From positions 288,001 to 352,000 of the forward strand of contig CAWFCQ010000004.1 in the NCBI GenBank assembly GCA_963814375.1: a stretch of 64,000 nt of DNA, given 5' to 3'. A program made the translations under genes and the position numbers. Positions 27,107-39,224 of the stretch are shown one piece after another (within the stretch, counting starts at the first letter, position 1; every line of letters starts with the position of its first letter). The notes beneath the pieces are model-generated. The model searched no databases and had not been told where the DNA came from. It saw only the letters and a list, made by a program, of their open reading frames with translations. The DNA comes from an uncultured Chloroflexia bacterium (GTDB taxonomy: Bacteria > Chloroflexota > Limnocylindria > QHBO01).

Positions 27107-28470
27107 GCGCTTCGGTCGCGGCCACCTGGAGGCTGGGCCGCTATGTGCCACGCGGCGCGGCGATCCTCTCGGCGCTCATCTTCGCCAGCTACGTGATGGG
27201 CCTGGTGCGCGATCGGATCTTCGCCCGCACGTTCGGCGCCGGCGCGGAGCTCGATGCCTACAACGCGGCGTTCGTCCTGCCCGAGCTCCTCTTCGACGTC
27301 CTGGTCGAGGCTGGCCTGGCGGCGGCATTCATCCCGATCTTCGTGCGCCTGCGCTCGGCCGGGTCCGACCCGTCCGCGGCGGACTCGTTCGCGCGGACGA
27401 TTCTCACGCTCGCGGTGGCCGTGATGGGCATCGGCTCGGTCGTGCTGTTCGTCTTTGCCGATGCGACGACCGCCGTCATCGCGCCCGGGTTCACCGGAGA
27501 ACAGCGCGAGCTGTACGTGTCGCTGTTCCGGGTCATGCTGGCGACGCAGGTGCTGTTCGCGGCATCGCTCACGTTGGGCCAGGTCCTGCTCGCCGAGCAG
27601 CGCTACTTCTGGTACGGGATCGCCCCGCTGCTCTACAACGCGGGGATCGTGGCCGGCACGGTGGCGCTGAGCGCGCGGCTCGGCATTTACGCCCCGGCAG
27701 TCGGGGCCGTCCTCGGCGCCGCGCTCCACCTCGGGAGCCGCTTCGTCGGCCTGCGCGGCAGCTCGCTGCGGGTCGGCTTCGGGTGGCATCTCGGCACCGC
27801 CGAGGTCGGCGAGTTCGTGCGCCTCACGCTTCCGAAGCTGGCCAGTCAGCCGGTCGAGCCGATCGCCTTCCTCTTCTTCACGAGGGTTGCCTCGACGCTG
27901 GCGGTGGGCAGCCTCAGCGTCTTCAACTACGCCCGCAACTTCCAGAGCGTGCCGGTCAGCCTGGTCGGGGTCGCGTTCGCCATCGCCGCCTTCCCCGTGC
28001 TGTCGGCGGCCCACGCCGCCGGCGATCGGAGCGGATTCCTCCGGCTATTCCGCACGAACCTGGCGACTATCGTCGGGCTCACGGTCCTGGCTGCAGTCGC
28101 GATGGTGGTGATCGGCGAGCTCGCGATCGGCATGCTCCTCGGCGGTGGCGCATTCGGGCCGGACGAGGTGGCGCGGACCGCCACCATCCTCGCCGCATTC
28201 GCGCTGTCAGTGCCGTTCGAGAGCGTGGCGCACCTGCTCAGCCGCGCGATCTACGCCACCCGGCACACCCTGTTCCAGGCGCTGGCCTCGATCGCCGGGC
28301 TCGCGATCACGATCGTTGCCACCCTGGCGCTGGTCCCCGCGATGGACGTCGTGGCGCTGCCGATCGGCTTCGCCATCGGGCAGGCGGCGAAGGTCGCGCT
28401 GTTGGCGATCGTGCTCGCGGCTCGGATGCGGGTCTTCCCGGTCAGGAGTCCCGCGGGGTCGTCGGGATGA
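27103..28470 (+). CDS. murJ: MurJ/MviN family flippase
   Basis: GLVRDRIFARTFGAGAELDAYNAAFVLPE, APLLYNAGI, FNYARNFQSVPVSLVG, SRAIYA. Confidence 0.8.
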   Translation: MSASVAATWRLGRYVPRGAAILSALIFASYVMGLVRDRIFARTFGAGAELDAYNAAFVLPELLFDVLVEAGLAAAFIPIFVRLRSAGSDPSAADSFARTILTLAVAVMGIGSVVLFVFADATTAVIAPGFTGEQRELYVSLFRVMLATQVLFAASLTLGQVLLAEQRYFWYGIAPLLYNAGIVAGTVALSARLGIYAPAVGAVLGAALHLGSRFVGLRGSSLRVGFGWHLGTAEVGEFVRLTLPKLASQPVEPIAFLFFTRVASTLAVGSLSVFNYARNFQSVPVSLVGVAFAIAAFPVLSAAHAAGDRSGFLRLFRTNLATIVGLTVLAAVAMVVIGELAIGMLLGGGAFGPDEVARTATILAAFALSVPFESVAHLLSRAIYATRHTLFQALASIAGLAITIVATLALVPAMDVVALPIGFAIGQAAKVALLAIVLAARMRVFPVRSPAGSSG

Positions 28471-29372
28471 GGACGACGAACCTGCCGTCGCGATCGGGAT
28501 ACGGCACCTTCGGGCCGAGTCCAGCCGGGACCGATCTGCTCGAAGCCCGGGGGACCCTGGAAGGCCGGCCAGTTGCGCTCCAGCTCGGCGAGGTTCTCGA
28601 AGTTGCCGGGCGGATCGGAAGCGCCCCAGATCGACGAGACGCGCGGGTACCACGGGTCGAGGATGTAGGCGCCCTCGATGGCCGCATCGGCGAAGAGTGT
28701 CGGGTCGGCATCGGCGCGGAAGCCGGTCATGACCCAGGTGTGGGCGCCCCACCACGGGAACATGACGACCGGCTTGTCCATCTCGGTGATGGCGATGGCG
28801 GAGTCGCGCAGCGCATCCGCGTAGCTCGTGTAGGCGCGAATCTCGTAGCCCGGCTCGCCGTAGGCGGCCAGCGCCAGCGAGACCGCCGCCGGCCCCCAGC
28901 CGCCATTGAGCGAGTCGTCGAGCGACTCCCACTCGCCGATGCGGTCGTGGATCTCGGTCTGGAACTCGGTGGATGCATTCCCCAGGCCGAGGATGGTGAG
29001 CACCATCTGGGTCCCGGCGACGGCGCAGTCCTTCTCGGTGATCTGTGACGTGAAGACCGCCGCGTGGTCGTCCACCACGGCGACGTCGACCGGCGTTCGG
29101 ACCAGCGGCGTCGGCGAGGGGGTCGGCGTCGCCGAAGGCGCGAGGGTGGGCTCCGGCGTCGGCGAGACGGTCGGCTCCGGCGTGACGATGACCGTTGGGA
29201 TCGTCGAGCGGTCCGGCGGGGGATCGATGAAGTTCTCGACCCGCGCCGCCCAGCGGTCGAATCGCTCGCCCATGCCGAGCACGTTCGCCTGAACGACGGC
29301 GAAACCGGTGACGAAGAGGAAGACGAGGGCCAGCCCGACGAGCGGCCAGCGACCGGGGAGATGCGACTTCAT
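28442..29372 (-). CDS. Membrane-anchored papain-like (C39-like) cysteine peptidase (frameshift near 28505)
   Basis: N-terminal TM, PT linker, SQITEKDCAVA (Q..C), GAHTWVMTGF (H), YILDPWYP (D); C-terminus in the 28442..28711 frame. Confidence 0.6.
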
Positions 29373-29424
29373 GGTGGTGCGGCGGAAGGATGACAGTCCG
29401 ATCGGCCTTCGGCAACATGAGCCG

Positions 29425-30795
29425 ATGCCCCTGCGCCGCGCACTTTCGCTCGCGTTGCTCCTCGTGGCCGGCGCCGCGCTGACGCCGAACGCCGCTCGGG
29501 CGGCGACCACGACGCAGCTCGACCAGGTCTACCGCATCACCGCCACGCTCGACGTGGGCGCCGGGCGCCTCGATGCGGTCGAGGAGCTGGAGATAACGAA
29601 CCGCTCGGCGGCCGCGATCGACCACGTGAACCTGTCCGTCGTGCCGCGGGCTCTCGGCTTCCTCACCATGAACGACCCGATCACGGTCGATGGCGACGAG
29701 GTGGTCGGCGAGTGGACCACCACGATCAACCTGCGCCTTCCACTGCCCGATCTTGCCCGCGGCGACACGGCCTCCCTCCGGGTGCCGTTCCGCCTCGACC
29801 TCGCCCGAGCGCCGGACGCCTTCACCGCGCGAACGAGCGCCGACGCCGGCGTCCTCAGCTTCGGCCAGTGGTTCCCGATCGTGTCGACCGAGCACGACGT
29901 CTACGGCCTCGGTGACCCGCAGATCTCGTTCACCGCCGACGAGATCCGCCTCGATCTGACGACGACGGCACCGCAGCCGCGCGACGCGGTCGCCTGCCCC
30001 GGTCTCGAGTCCGCTCCCGAGGCGCAGGGGACGACCTGGACATGTGTCTCGACCGATGTGCGCGACTTCTCGTTCGTGGTCAATCCGCTCTTCCGCCTGA
30101 CGGAGCGGACGGTGGGCGGCACCGCGCTGCGTGTCTACACCCAGACCGTGGACGGCGCGGCGACCGCCGACCTGGCTCAGCAGGCGCTCATCGGCCTGGC
30201 CGAGGCGTTCGGCCCGTACCCGTGGCCCGATCTGGTCCTCGCCGAAGTCGGCTCAGGCGGCGGCTTCAGCATGGAGTACCCACGCATGATCCACCTGACG
30301 CGCGGAAAGGTCGCCGACCAGTACGTCGTCTACCACGAGGTCGCGCACCAGTGGTTCTACGCCCAGCTGGGCAACGAGCAGCAGGCCGAGCCGTGGCTGG
30401 ACGAGGGCTTCGCCGACTTCGCGGCGCGATACCTGATGGGCATCGGCGAGAACCAGTGCTCGGCCCGACCGGTCAACAGCAGCGTCTTCGCCTGGCCCGC
30501 GGGCCCGACGAGCGGCGGCGACTGGAGCAGCTGCGACGGCTACTTCCACGCCGTCTTCTATCGCGGCACCGAGTTCCTCACCGCGGTGCGATCAGCCATG
30601 GGCGACGCCGCCTTCTTCGTCGCGATGCGCGACTGGGTCGATCGCCATCGATTCGGGTTCACGACCGGCGCGCGCCTGCTGGGTCACCTCCAGTCACGCA
30701 CCGATGCGGATCTCGGCCCGATCTTCGACGCATACCTGGCCGATTACGCGGTGGTTGCCCCGAAGGCACCGCAAACCATGCGCAGATCGGGCTAG
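29425..30795 (+). CDS. Secreted M1/gluzincin family metallopeptidase
   Basis: Signal peptide ending ARA; SMEYP, HEVAHQWF, WLDEGFA, FYRG. Confidence 0.85.
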   Translation: MPLRRALSLALLLVAGAALTPNAARAATTTQLDQVYRITATLDVGAGRLDAVEELEITNRSAAAIDHVNLSVVPRALGFLTMNDPITVDGDEVVGEWTTTINLRLPLPDLARGDTASLRVPFRLDLARAPDAFTARTSADAGVLSFGQWFPIVSTEHDVYGLGDPQISFTADEIRLDLTTTAPQPRDAVACPGLESAPEAQGTTWTCVSTDVRDFSFVVNPLFRLTERTVGGTALRVYTQTVDGAATADLAQQALIGLAEAFGPYPWPDLVLAEVGSGGGFSMEYPRMIHLTRGKVADQYVVYHEVAHQWFYAQLGNEQQAEPWLDEGFADFAARYLMGIGENQCSARPVNSSVFAWPAGPTSGGDWSSCDGYFHAVFYRGTEFLTAVRSAMGDAAFFVAMRDWVDRHRFGFTTGARLLGHLQSRTDADLGPIFDAYLADYAVVAPKAPQTMRRSG

Positions 30796-31847
30796 TCGGT
30801 GGTCGCCAGCGTTACGAGCACGTGGGCGATCGCATCGGCCATCTGCTCGAGCGTGGTGAGGTCGACGTTGTCGATCGTGTCGCAGGCCCGGTGGCTGCAC
30901 GGATCGGCCGGCTCCCCGGCGACGGCGCCGAACGTGGCCGCCTGCGCATCGGTGACCGGCTCGATGCCGCCACTGAAGAGCCCACCGGTCGGGATTCCGG
31001 CGGCGGTGAACGGGCCGTGGTCGGAGTCGCCGGCGAGGTCGATCGGCTCCCATGGCAGTCCGGCGTCCTCGAAGTAGGTCGCGAAGGCCTCCGTCAGTGC
31101 GGACGACCCCGGCGCCGCCCCCGGTTCCTCGTAGACGAACCGCACGGCGTTGGGCGAGGCGATCATGTCGAAGTTGAGGTACGCGACGATCTCGTCGCGC
31201 TCCTCGGGGTCGAGCGAGTCGACATAGGCGGTCGAGCCGAATGGTCCGCCCTCCTCCGCGGCCCAGAAGGCGAAGCGGATGGTGCGATCCGGCCGAGGGA
31301 GGTCCCGCAGGGCCTCGGCGATCGCCAGGAGCGCCGCGAGGCCCGAGCCGTTGTCATTGATCCCGGGGCTGGCGCGCACCGAGTCGAGGTGGGCGCCGAT
31401 GACGATCACGCCATCGCCGCCACGGCCGATGTCAGCGATGAGATTCTCCATGGGAATCCCTCCGGCATCGAACCTCTGGAGCTCGACGAAGTAGCTCGCC
31501 TCGGCAAGGGTGCGCCGCACATACCCGCGGCTCAGGTCGTAGCCGATGGTGCCCGTCGCCCGGTTGCCCTCCGCCATCGGCTCTTGCCGCGCGATCTGAT
31601 CGAGCGCGAGGAGGTGCTCGAGCATCGTCGGCCCATCGACCATGGCCGCAAGCTCCGCCCCGGTCAACACTGGATCCGGGGTGGGTGATGCCCTCGGCGC
31701 CTCGGCTGGACTCGCGGCGCCCGAGGACGGAGCGGCCGGCTCACTCGACGGGGTCGCCGACCCTGGGAGCTCCGGGTCGGAGGGCATCGGCGAGGCACAG
31801 CCGGCGAGGGTTAGCACCAACAAAAGCGTGCGCGCGAACCGATGCAT
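30792..31847 (-). CDS. M28 family aminopeptidase lipoprotein
   Basis: Lipobox LAGC; GAHLDSV, GINDNGSG, WAAEE, LNFDMI, SDHGPF, HRACD. Confidence 0.88.
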   Translation of the reverse strand: MHRFARTLLLVLTLAGCASPMPSDPELPGSATPSSEPAAPSSGAASPAEAPRASPTPDPVLTGAELAAMVDGPTMLEHLLALDQIARQEPMAEGNRATGTIGYDLSRGYVRRTLAEASYFVELQRFDAGGIPMENLIADIGRGGDGVIVIGAHLDSVRASPGINDNGSGLAALLAIAEALRDLPRPDRTIRFAFWAAEEGGPFGSTAYVDSLDPEERDEIVAYLNFDMIASPNAVRFVYEEPGAAPGSSALTEAFATYFEDAGLPWEPIDLAGDSDHGPFTAAGIPTGGLFSGGIEPVTDAQAATFGAVAGEPADPCSHRACDTIDNVDLTTLEQMADAIAHVLVTLATTD

Positions 31848-31874
31848 CGGCCGAGGGTAGCGGAGGGACAGGCT

Positions 31875-32384
31875 CTAGCGGCCGATCCTCCGGTCGGTCG
31901 TCTCGAGGAACTCGAGGAAGCCGATGTCGCCGGGCGACTGGCCGGCGCGGGTCAGCAGCACGGCGGCCTCGCTGAACTGCTGGATGCCGTGCGAGACCAG
32001 GTGCATGACGTAGTGCCAGAGCGGATCATGGTCGTCGCGGAACGCCGGCGGCGCATCGAGGTCCTCGTCCCGGAGCGAAGTCAGCCACGCGCGCATTTCG
32101 GCCTCGTCACGCGCCCAGTGCTCACGGATGGCGTCGACGTCGGCGTAGTCGTCGGCGCGAAGGTCGGCATCCGGGTCCCACTCGTCCCAGTCCGCGCCCT
32201 TGAGGCGTTCCCGCCAGCTCCACTGGACGTCTAGCTCGTGCACCACGGTGGCGCGCAGGTCGCGGGTGGCCGCATCGTCCGATGCGAGGAAGTCCGATGG
32301 CTCGAGTGCGGCCGCGGCGTCCAGGATCCGGTCGCGCATCCAGTAGAGGTAGTCGAAGAGGATCCTCGCTTCCGACGCGCGCAT
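31875..32384 (-). CDS. DinB family protein
   Basis: LFDYLYWMRDRIL, VHELDVQWSW, MHLVSHGIQQFSEAA. Confidence 0.78.
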   Translation of the reverse strand: MRASEARILFDYLYWMRDRILDAAAALEPSDFLASDDAATRDLRATVVHELDVQWSWRERLKGADWDEWDPDADLRADDYADVDAIREHWARDEAEMRAWLTSLRDEDLDAPPAFRDDHDPLWHYVMHLVSHGIQQFSEAAVLLTRAGQSPGDIGFLEFLETTDRRIGR

Positions 32385-32388
32385 CGGC

Positions 32389-32760
32389 CTAGTCGGTCTG
32401 GATGACGGAGAGGATGTTGCCGGCGGGGTCCTTGAACCAGGCGATGGGCGGGCCTTCCTCGCGTGCGATCCCGCGCTCGTCCTGCGGAAATCCGTCATAG
32501 CGCTCGAACGTCATGCCCGCCGCGATCATGGCGTCGACGGTGGCGTCGATGTCGTCGACCTGGAAGTTCAGGACGGTGAACGTCGCCGGCTGATGATCCT
32601 CTTTCGGGTAGATGATGACGTTCTGGCCACCGGCGAGATGGAGCGAGAGCATGCCCTCCTCCTCGGTCGCGTCGACGCCGAGCGTGTCCGCGTAGAACGC
32701 CTTCTCGGCCGCGATGTCGGTCGCGGAGAAGCCAGAGAATCCGGGTCGGTTGGCGAGCAT
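32389..32760 (-). CDS. VOC (glyoxalase) family protein
   Basis: FYADTLG, PATFTVLNFQVDDIDA, AWFKDPAGNILS. Confidence 0.88.
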   Translation of the reverse strand: MLANRPGFSGFSATDIAAEKAFYADTLGVDATEEEGMLSLHLAGGQNVIIYPKEDHQPATFTVLNFQVDDIDATVDAMIAAGMTFERYDGFPQDERGIAREEGPPIAWFKDPAGNILSVIQTD

Positions 32761-32897
32761 CGAAGCATCACCTCAGCTGCGTGTGGCGGTAAGACCGCGG
32801 GCACTTGGCGTCCTCATCGGTCGCAGCGGCAACATCGGTGCCACGCCGTCTGCGCGCGTGCCTTGACGCGCCCGCCGATGACGGTGACGATCCGAAC

Positions 32898-33746
32898 ATG
32901 CCCGCCATCCAGCGCAAGAGCCTCGACCATCCCGACGAGGTCCGCCATTTCGAGCTCGGCACGGGAGAACTGACACAGGTGGGTCAACACCTCATGGGAC
33001 GCGCGGTGCTCCAGCCAGGATGGCGCTGGTCGACCCACATGGCGCCGGTGATGGGAACCCCGTCCTGCCCCGTTCACCACATCCAGGTGCTGATCGCCGG
33101 GCGATTTGCCGTGCGCATGGACGATGGCGAGGAGGCGGAATTCGGCCCGAATGACATGTTCGACATTCCGGCCGGTCACGACGCGTGGGTGGTCGGTGAC
33201 GAGCCGGTGTTCCTGCTCGACATCGGCGGCAACATCAGCGCCATCGGCGTCCCGCGGGAGAACGAGCGAGTCATCGCCACGCTGCTGATGACCGACATCG
33301 TCGACTCGACACGCCACGCGAACCGCATCGGCGACCAGGCCTGGAAGCAGGTACTCGCGGATCACAACCGGCTCGTTCGCTTCCAGCTCGAGCGCTTTCG
33401 GGGCACCGAGATCGCCACGACCGGCGATGGGTTCCTGGCCAGCTTCCCGAGCGCGGCCGGCGCGCTTCGATGCGCGCTCGCGATCCGCGCCGCCGTCAAA
33501 GCAGCCGGGGTCGAGGTCAGGATCGGCGTCCACACCGGCGAGATCGAACGCCAGGGAACCGGCGTGGGAGGGGTCGCCGTCCACGCCGCCGCGCGGATCA
33601 TGGCCCTGGCGGGTGCCTCGGAGGTGCTCGCCTCGGCGATCACGGTCGGCCTCGCGGAGGGCAGCGGGCTGCGGTTCGAGGATCACGGACGCCACGAGGT
33701 GAAGGGATTCGATCGCCCGATCGAGGTGCTGCGAGCCATGGCCTGA
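32898..33746 (+). CDS. Cupin-adenylate/guanylate cyclase fusion
   Basis: Cupin LQPGWRWS...IPAGHDAWVVGDEP; cyclase TDIVDST, TGDGF, RIGVHTGE, VHAAARI, KG. Confidence 0.85.
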   Translation: MPAIQRKSLDHPDEVRHFELGTGELTQVGQHLMGRAVLQPGWRWSTHMAPVMGTPSCPVHHIQVLIAGRFAVRMDDGEEAEFGPNDMFDIPAGHDAWVVGDEPVFLLDIGGNISAIGVPRENERVIATLLMTDIVDSTRHANRIGDQAWKQVLADHNRLVRFQLERFRGTEIATTGDGFLASFPSAAGALRCALAIRAAVKAAGVEVRIGVHTGEIERQGTGVGGVAVHAAARIMALAGASEVLASAITVGLAEGSGLRFEDHGRHEVKGFDRPIEVLRAMA

Positions 33747-33840
33747 TCACCTGTGTCGATCCGCCGATGCGCCGGCACGCATGAGCGCCTACCGTCTGAG
33801 CTTGGTGGCGGCCGTCCGGCCGCCTCAGTGAGGAGATGGC

Positions 33841-34677
33841 ATGACTGACGTGACGGATCCTGCCGAGGCCGACCGCGCGCTGAAGGCTCGACACCGCTCG
33901 ATGTGGGCGATGGGCGATTACAACGCGGTCGCGACCGAGGTCATACCAGCGCTCGGACCGGTCCTGGTCGAGGCGGCTGGCGTCAAGGCCGGCGACCGCG
34001 TCCTCGACATCGCGGCGGGCTCCGGAAACGCCTCGCTGCCGGCGGCGCGCGCCGGCGCGAAGGTCGTCGCGAGCGACCTTACCCCCGAGCTGCTCGAGCT
34101 CGGCCGCCAGCAGGCGGCGGGGGAGGGCCTCGAGATCGACTGGCAGGAAGCCGATGCCGAGGCGCTGCCCTATGCGGACGGCGAGTTCGACGTCGTGCTC
34201 TCGCTGGTCGGGATCATGTTCGCGCCCCACCACCAGCAGAGCGCGGACGAGCTCGCGCGGGTGACACGCGGCGGTGGCCGCATCGGCCTCATCAGCTGGA
34301 CGCCGGAGGGTTTCATCGGCCAGATGTTCGCGACCATGAAGCCGTACGCCCCGCCTCCGCCACCCGGAGCATCGCCCCCACCGCTGTGGGGGCGCGAGGA
34401 GCACGTTCGCGAGCTGCTTGGCGATCGCGTCACCGACGTCAAGGGCACCGTCCAGAGCCTGACCGTCGACGCCTTCACGGGTCCCGAGGACTTCCGCGAC
34501 TACTTCAAGCGCAATTACGGTCCGACGATGGCGGTCTACAAGTCGCTCGGCGAGGATGCCGATCGGATCGTTGCGCTGGATCGTGAGCTTGCCGACCTCG
34601 CGGCGCGATTCGGCTTCACGGACGGGGCGACGACGATGGAGTGGGAGTACCTGCTCTTCACCGCGACGCGGACGTAG
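33841..34677 (+). CDS. Class I SAM-dependent methyltransferase
   Basis: WAMGDY, VLDIAAGSG, ADAEALP, GIMFAP, WTPEGFIG. Confidence 0.88.
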   Translation: MTDVTDPAEADRALKARHRSMWAMGDYNAVATEVIPALGPVLVEAAGVKAGDRVLDIAAGSGNASLPAARAGAKVVASDLTPELLELGRQQAAGEGLEIDWQEADAEALPYADGEFDVVLSLVGIMFAPHHQQSADELARVTRGGGRIGLISWTPEGFIGQMFATMKPYAPPPPPGASPPPLWGREEHVRELLGDRVTDVKGTVQSLTVDAFTGPEDFRDYFKRNYGPTMAVYKSLGEDADRIVALDRELADLAARFGFTDGATTMEWEYLLFTATRT

Positions 34678-34683
34678 CCGGAC

Positions 34684-35562
34684 TCACGCGTCGGCGTCGA
34701 TCTCGTTTGTCTCAGGCAGGAGCAGGGCCGGAGGCGCTTGGGGCATCGGGTCGCGATTGAGGACGCGGTCGAGCGGCGAGCGTGCGGCGGCGGCATTCCT
34801 GCGCTGCTCGGCCAGGAGCATGTCCGCGACGCATTGCGGATCGCCGCATTCGCCGCCCCACGCGCTCCGCTCCTGCCGATGGACGATGAGGAAGACGTCG
34901 GCATCGGTCATGGAGTCGATCAGCCCACCGGCGGCTTCGCGGCCCGCCGCGACCGCCGGGAGGAACTTGTCCTCGTGCCAGAGGCGGGCCCCCTCGCCGG
35001 CCGACAGCGCTCGGCCCAGTGCCAGAACGCGGTCATAGGCGTAGCTCTGGACCGCGATGAGGAGCTCGCCGTAGGCCGTCGCGTCGGTCAAGGCGAAGCG
35101 AGCGTCGGGGACGCCCTCGCCGAGGCCACTGTGGCGACGGAGCTCGCCCTCGCGCGCGGTGCGCTCGATCGCCTCGAGCTCGACCTCGGGCGTCAGCGCG
35201 TAGGGCGAGGGCATGTGGCTGACCCGCGCATCGATGAACTCGCGCCCGTCGCGCTTCGCGATCGCGACGCGCTTGTGCCCGTCGGCGACGAAGTAGGCCC
35301 GGTCGATCCGAACGACGTCGATTGGCTCGTCCAGCGAAGTCGGTGAGGAAGCCCGGATGTCGTCGATCCGCTTGCGGAGGGCAACGTGAATCGGGTGGAA
35401 CGCACCGTCGAAGTCGCGCGCGCGACCAACGGATCCGATGATGTTCGCCACGGCGATCGTCGCCGTACCCTCGTCGACAGGCGGGTCGAGGTGGAGCTGC
35501 CGCCGAATCTGGTCGAGCTCGAGCATCGGCCCGCACTCGTGGTCGCTTCCGAGGAGTCGCAT
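34684..35562 (-). CDS. ParB/Srx-like domain protein (DUF4032-like)
   Basis: IIGSVGRARDFD, PIDVVRIDRAYFVADGHKRVAIA. Confidence 0.7.
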   Translation of the reverse strand: MRLLGSDHECGPMLELDQIRRQLHLDPPVDEGTATIAVANIIGSVGRARDFDGAFHPIHVALRKRIDDIRASSPTSLDEPIDVVRIDRAYFVADGHKRVAIAKRDGREFIDARVSHMPSPYALTPEVELEAIERTAREGELRRHSGLGEGVPDARFALTDATAYGELLIAVQSYAYDRVLALGRALSAGEGARLWHEDKFLPAVAAGREAAGGLIDSMTDADVFLIVHRQERSAWGGECGDPQCVADMLLAEQRRNAAAARSPLDRVLNRDPMPQAPPALLLPETNEIDADA

Positions 35563-35581
35563 ACGTCCAACGATAGCGAGG

Positions 35582-36121
35582 TCAGCTCGCGCTGGCGGGA
35601 TCCTCGAACTGCTGCCACCGCCATCGGTCGTCTTGGCCGAGCAAGCTGCGCAGGTGATTGATCTCGCCGGCGTGGTAGAAGTCGTGGCCGATGATGGCCG
35701 CGGTGATCCATCGGGTCGGGCGCATCTCGCCCCAGTTCGTCATCCGTGGTCGGTCGAGCTCGTCATCGGTCAGCCCTTCGACATGCTCCCTGAATGATCG
35801 ATGCGCCTCACGGAGCCACTCGATCGCCTCCGCCATGGGAGCCGTGCCGGGCTCCCAGACACCCTCCACTTCGAGCGTTCCCCATTGCCTTGTGCCGGGG
35901 CCGAAGGCGTAGTCGGCGTACATGATCTTGCAGCCGGCCACGTGGAGCACCATCGACTCGATCGTCCGGGTCGCGCCGGGCGGCAACGCGCGCCATTCGG
36001 CCTCGGTCACGGTCGCCAGGTTCGTGAGGAGCGCCTGGCTCTCGTTCGACTCCTCGAGCCCACGGCCCTCGAAGGCCTCGTCGATCAGGTGGAGGATCGA
36101 CTCAACGCCCGGATCGGTCAT
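35582..36121 (-). CDS. DinB family protein
   Basis: RTIESMVLHVAGCK, IIGHDFYHAGEINHLR. Confidence 0.82.
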   Translation of the reverse strand: MTDPGVESILHLIDEAFEGRGLEESNESQALLTNLATVTEAEWRALPPGATRTIESMVLHVAGCKIMYADYAFGPGTRQWGTLEVEGVWEPGTAPMAEAIEWLREAHRSFREHVEGLTDDELDRPRMTNWGEMRPTRWITAAIIGHDFYHAGEINHLRSLLGQDDRWRWQQFEDPASAS

Positions 36122-36174
36122 GGCGTCCGCTGCTGCACGATCTGGACCGATGGGATGACTGGAAGTAGGCGCAA

Positions 36175-36190
36175 TAGAACGGGCGTTCTA
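36175..36190. promoter_or_regulatory. LexA SOS box (Cheo type) TAGAAC-N4-GTTCTA
   Basis: Perfect palindrome matching AGAAC-N4-GTTCT; overlaps the -10 TATGCT (36189-36194) of the downstream leaderless gene. Confidence 0.7.
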
Positions 36191-36201
36191 TGCTCTCGTC
36201 T

Positions 36202-36468
36202 GTGAGCTACGTCGGTCGCGAGGTATTCCAGACCAAGATCGACTGCTCGTGTGGCGCGGCCGTCACGATCGCCGACCTGCGGGAGCACCTCGTGCGCCGC
36301 CACTGCAACGTCGAGGGCTGCTCGGAGCGCGCGTTGCGCACCGTGTCGTTCGGGTTCCGCGACCCGCAGTTCAGGATGATCGGGGTGCCAATGGGCATCT
36401 GCCGGCGCCACGAGCACTCGGTTGGAAAGGGGCGCATGCACGTGATCGTCGATCCGCCGCGCGGCTGA
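36202..36468 (+). CDS. Small Cys/His-rich putative double zinc-finger protein (88 aa)
   Basis: CSC-x11-H-x4-H followed by C-x4-C...C-x2-H; GTG 7 nt after TATGCT. Confidence 0.65.
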   Translation: MSYVGREVFQTKIDCSCGAAVTIADLREHLVRRHCNVEGCSERALRTVSFGFRDPQFRMIGVPMGICRRHEHSVGKGRMHVIVDPPRG

Positions 36469-36489
36469 AGCGTGGGATGCTTTGGCCGC

Positions 36490-37152
36490 GTGAATCTCCC
36501 ACTCGTCCTGCGCGCCGCTGATGTCGTCGCCGAGCGACCGGAGGGCACGACGGACGACATCCACTTCACCGAGGCCCTGGCGGAGTCAATCATCGGCCAT
36601 GCCAGCCGCCCCGGCGACCTCGTACTTGACCCGTTCGCCGGTTACGGCACCACCGTCAGGGTGGCCGAGCGGATGGGACGGCGGGCGATCGGCATCGAGC
36701 TCGTGCCGGAGCACCTCGAGGTCGCTCGGAGCCGGAGCGCCGGTCGGGCAAGGCTGATCCAGGGAGATGCCCGCGAGCTATCGCGGCTGGTGGTCGAGCC
36801 GGTGGATCTCGTGCTGACTTCGCCGCCATACATGCCGGCCACCGACCACCCGGAAAACCCGCTGACCGGCTATGCGACCGATGACGGCGACTACGCGGTC
36901 TACCTGGGCGAGCTCGGCTCGATTTTCGGCCAGGTGGCGGAGCTGCTGCGGCCGGGCGGCCAGCTCGTGGTGAATGTCGCCAACGTCATCGCCGCGGACG
37001 GCAGGGTCACGCCACTCGCGAGCGACGTCGCCGGTGTGATCGACGAGCATGTGCCGTTGCTGGGTGTCACGACCCTGCAGTGGGACGAGCCGCCGGCCGG
37101 CCTGGATGGTGACTACCTGCTGTGGTTCGCCCGCCCTGCCGAGACGTCGCGA

Positions 37153-37161
<9 letters not shown>
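36490..37161 (+). CDS. Orphan N4/N6 amino-methyltransferase (DNA methylase-like)
   Basis: VLDPFAGYGTT (motif I), GIEL, GDAR, LTSPPY (motif IV), LLRPGG. Confidence 0.8.
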
Positions 37162-38732
<1,571 letters not shown>

Positions 38733-38737
38733 GTGGC

Positions 38738-39196
38738 TCAGGGTAGGGGCTCGAAGTCGCCGGTGCGGAGGTCGTAGCGGGAGGTCCGTGGTGCGTCCGC
38801 CTCGGTGCCGGGCGCCGGGTTGCGCTCGAGCATCGAGATGAGGATGGTCGTGGCCGGGAACACCGCGTGGATCTGGAGCGGCTCGTCGCCGGCGTTTGCG
38901 GTCCCGTGCGGGGTGCCCGCAGGGATGAAGAGGATCGCCCCGGGGCCGAGGCGACGCGCCTCGTCGCCGAGCCGCGCGTGAGCGGTGCCCGCGAGGATCG
39001 TGATGGCCTCGTCGACATCGTGCGTGTGGAGTGGGATGCGATCGCCGACAGCGATCTCCTCGGTGATGATCGCCAGCGAGTCGACGCGCCCCTGCTCGTC
39101 ACCCGGGTCGACCTTCAGCCCCCAGCGTGAGCTCGGCCGATGGTCGTCAGGATCCCCGACCATCGCTTCCAGCGGTCCGCCGTCGACAATGCTCAT
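38738..39196 (-). CDS. Cupin domain protein
   Basis: [27 protein letters not shown]. Confidence 0.82.
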   Translation of the reverse strand: MSIVDGGPLEAMVGDPDDHRPSSRWGLKVDPGDEQGRVDSLAIITEEIAVGDRIPLHTHDVDEAITILAGTAHARLGDEARRLGPGAILFIPAGTPHGTANAGDEPLQIHAVFPATTILISMLERNPAPGTEADAPRTSRYDLRTGDFEPLP

Positions 39197-39224
39197 CCGC
39201 GGATTCTCGCAGCGAGCCGGTGCC

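Noticed and set aside
34684-35562. Chromosome partition ParB or a plasmid origin
   Set aside because: Only the ParB/Srx catalytic-like motif is present; no HTH, parA or parS noticed
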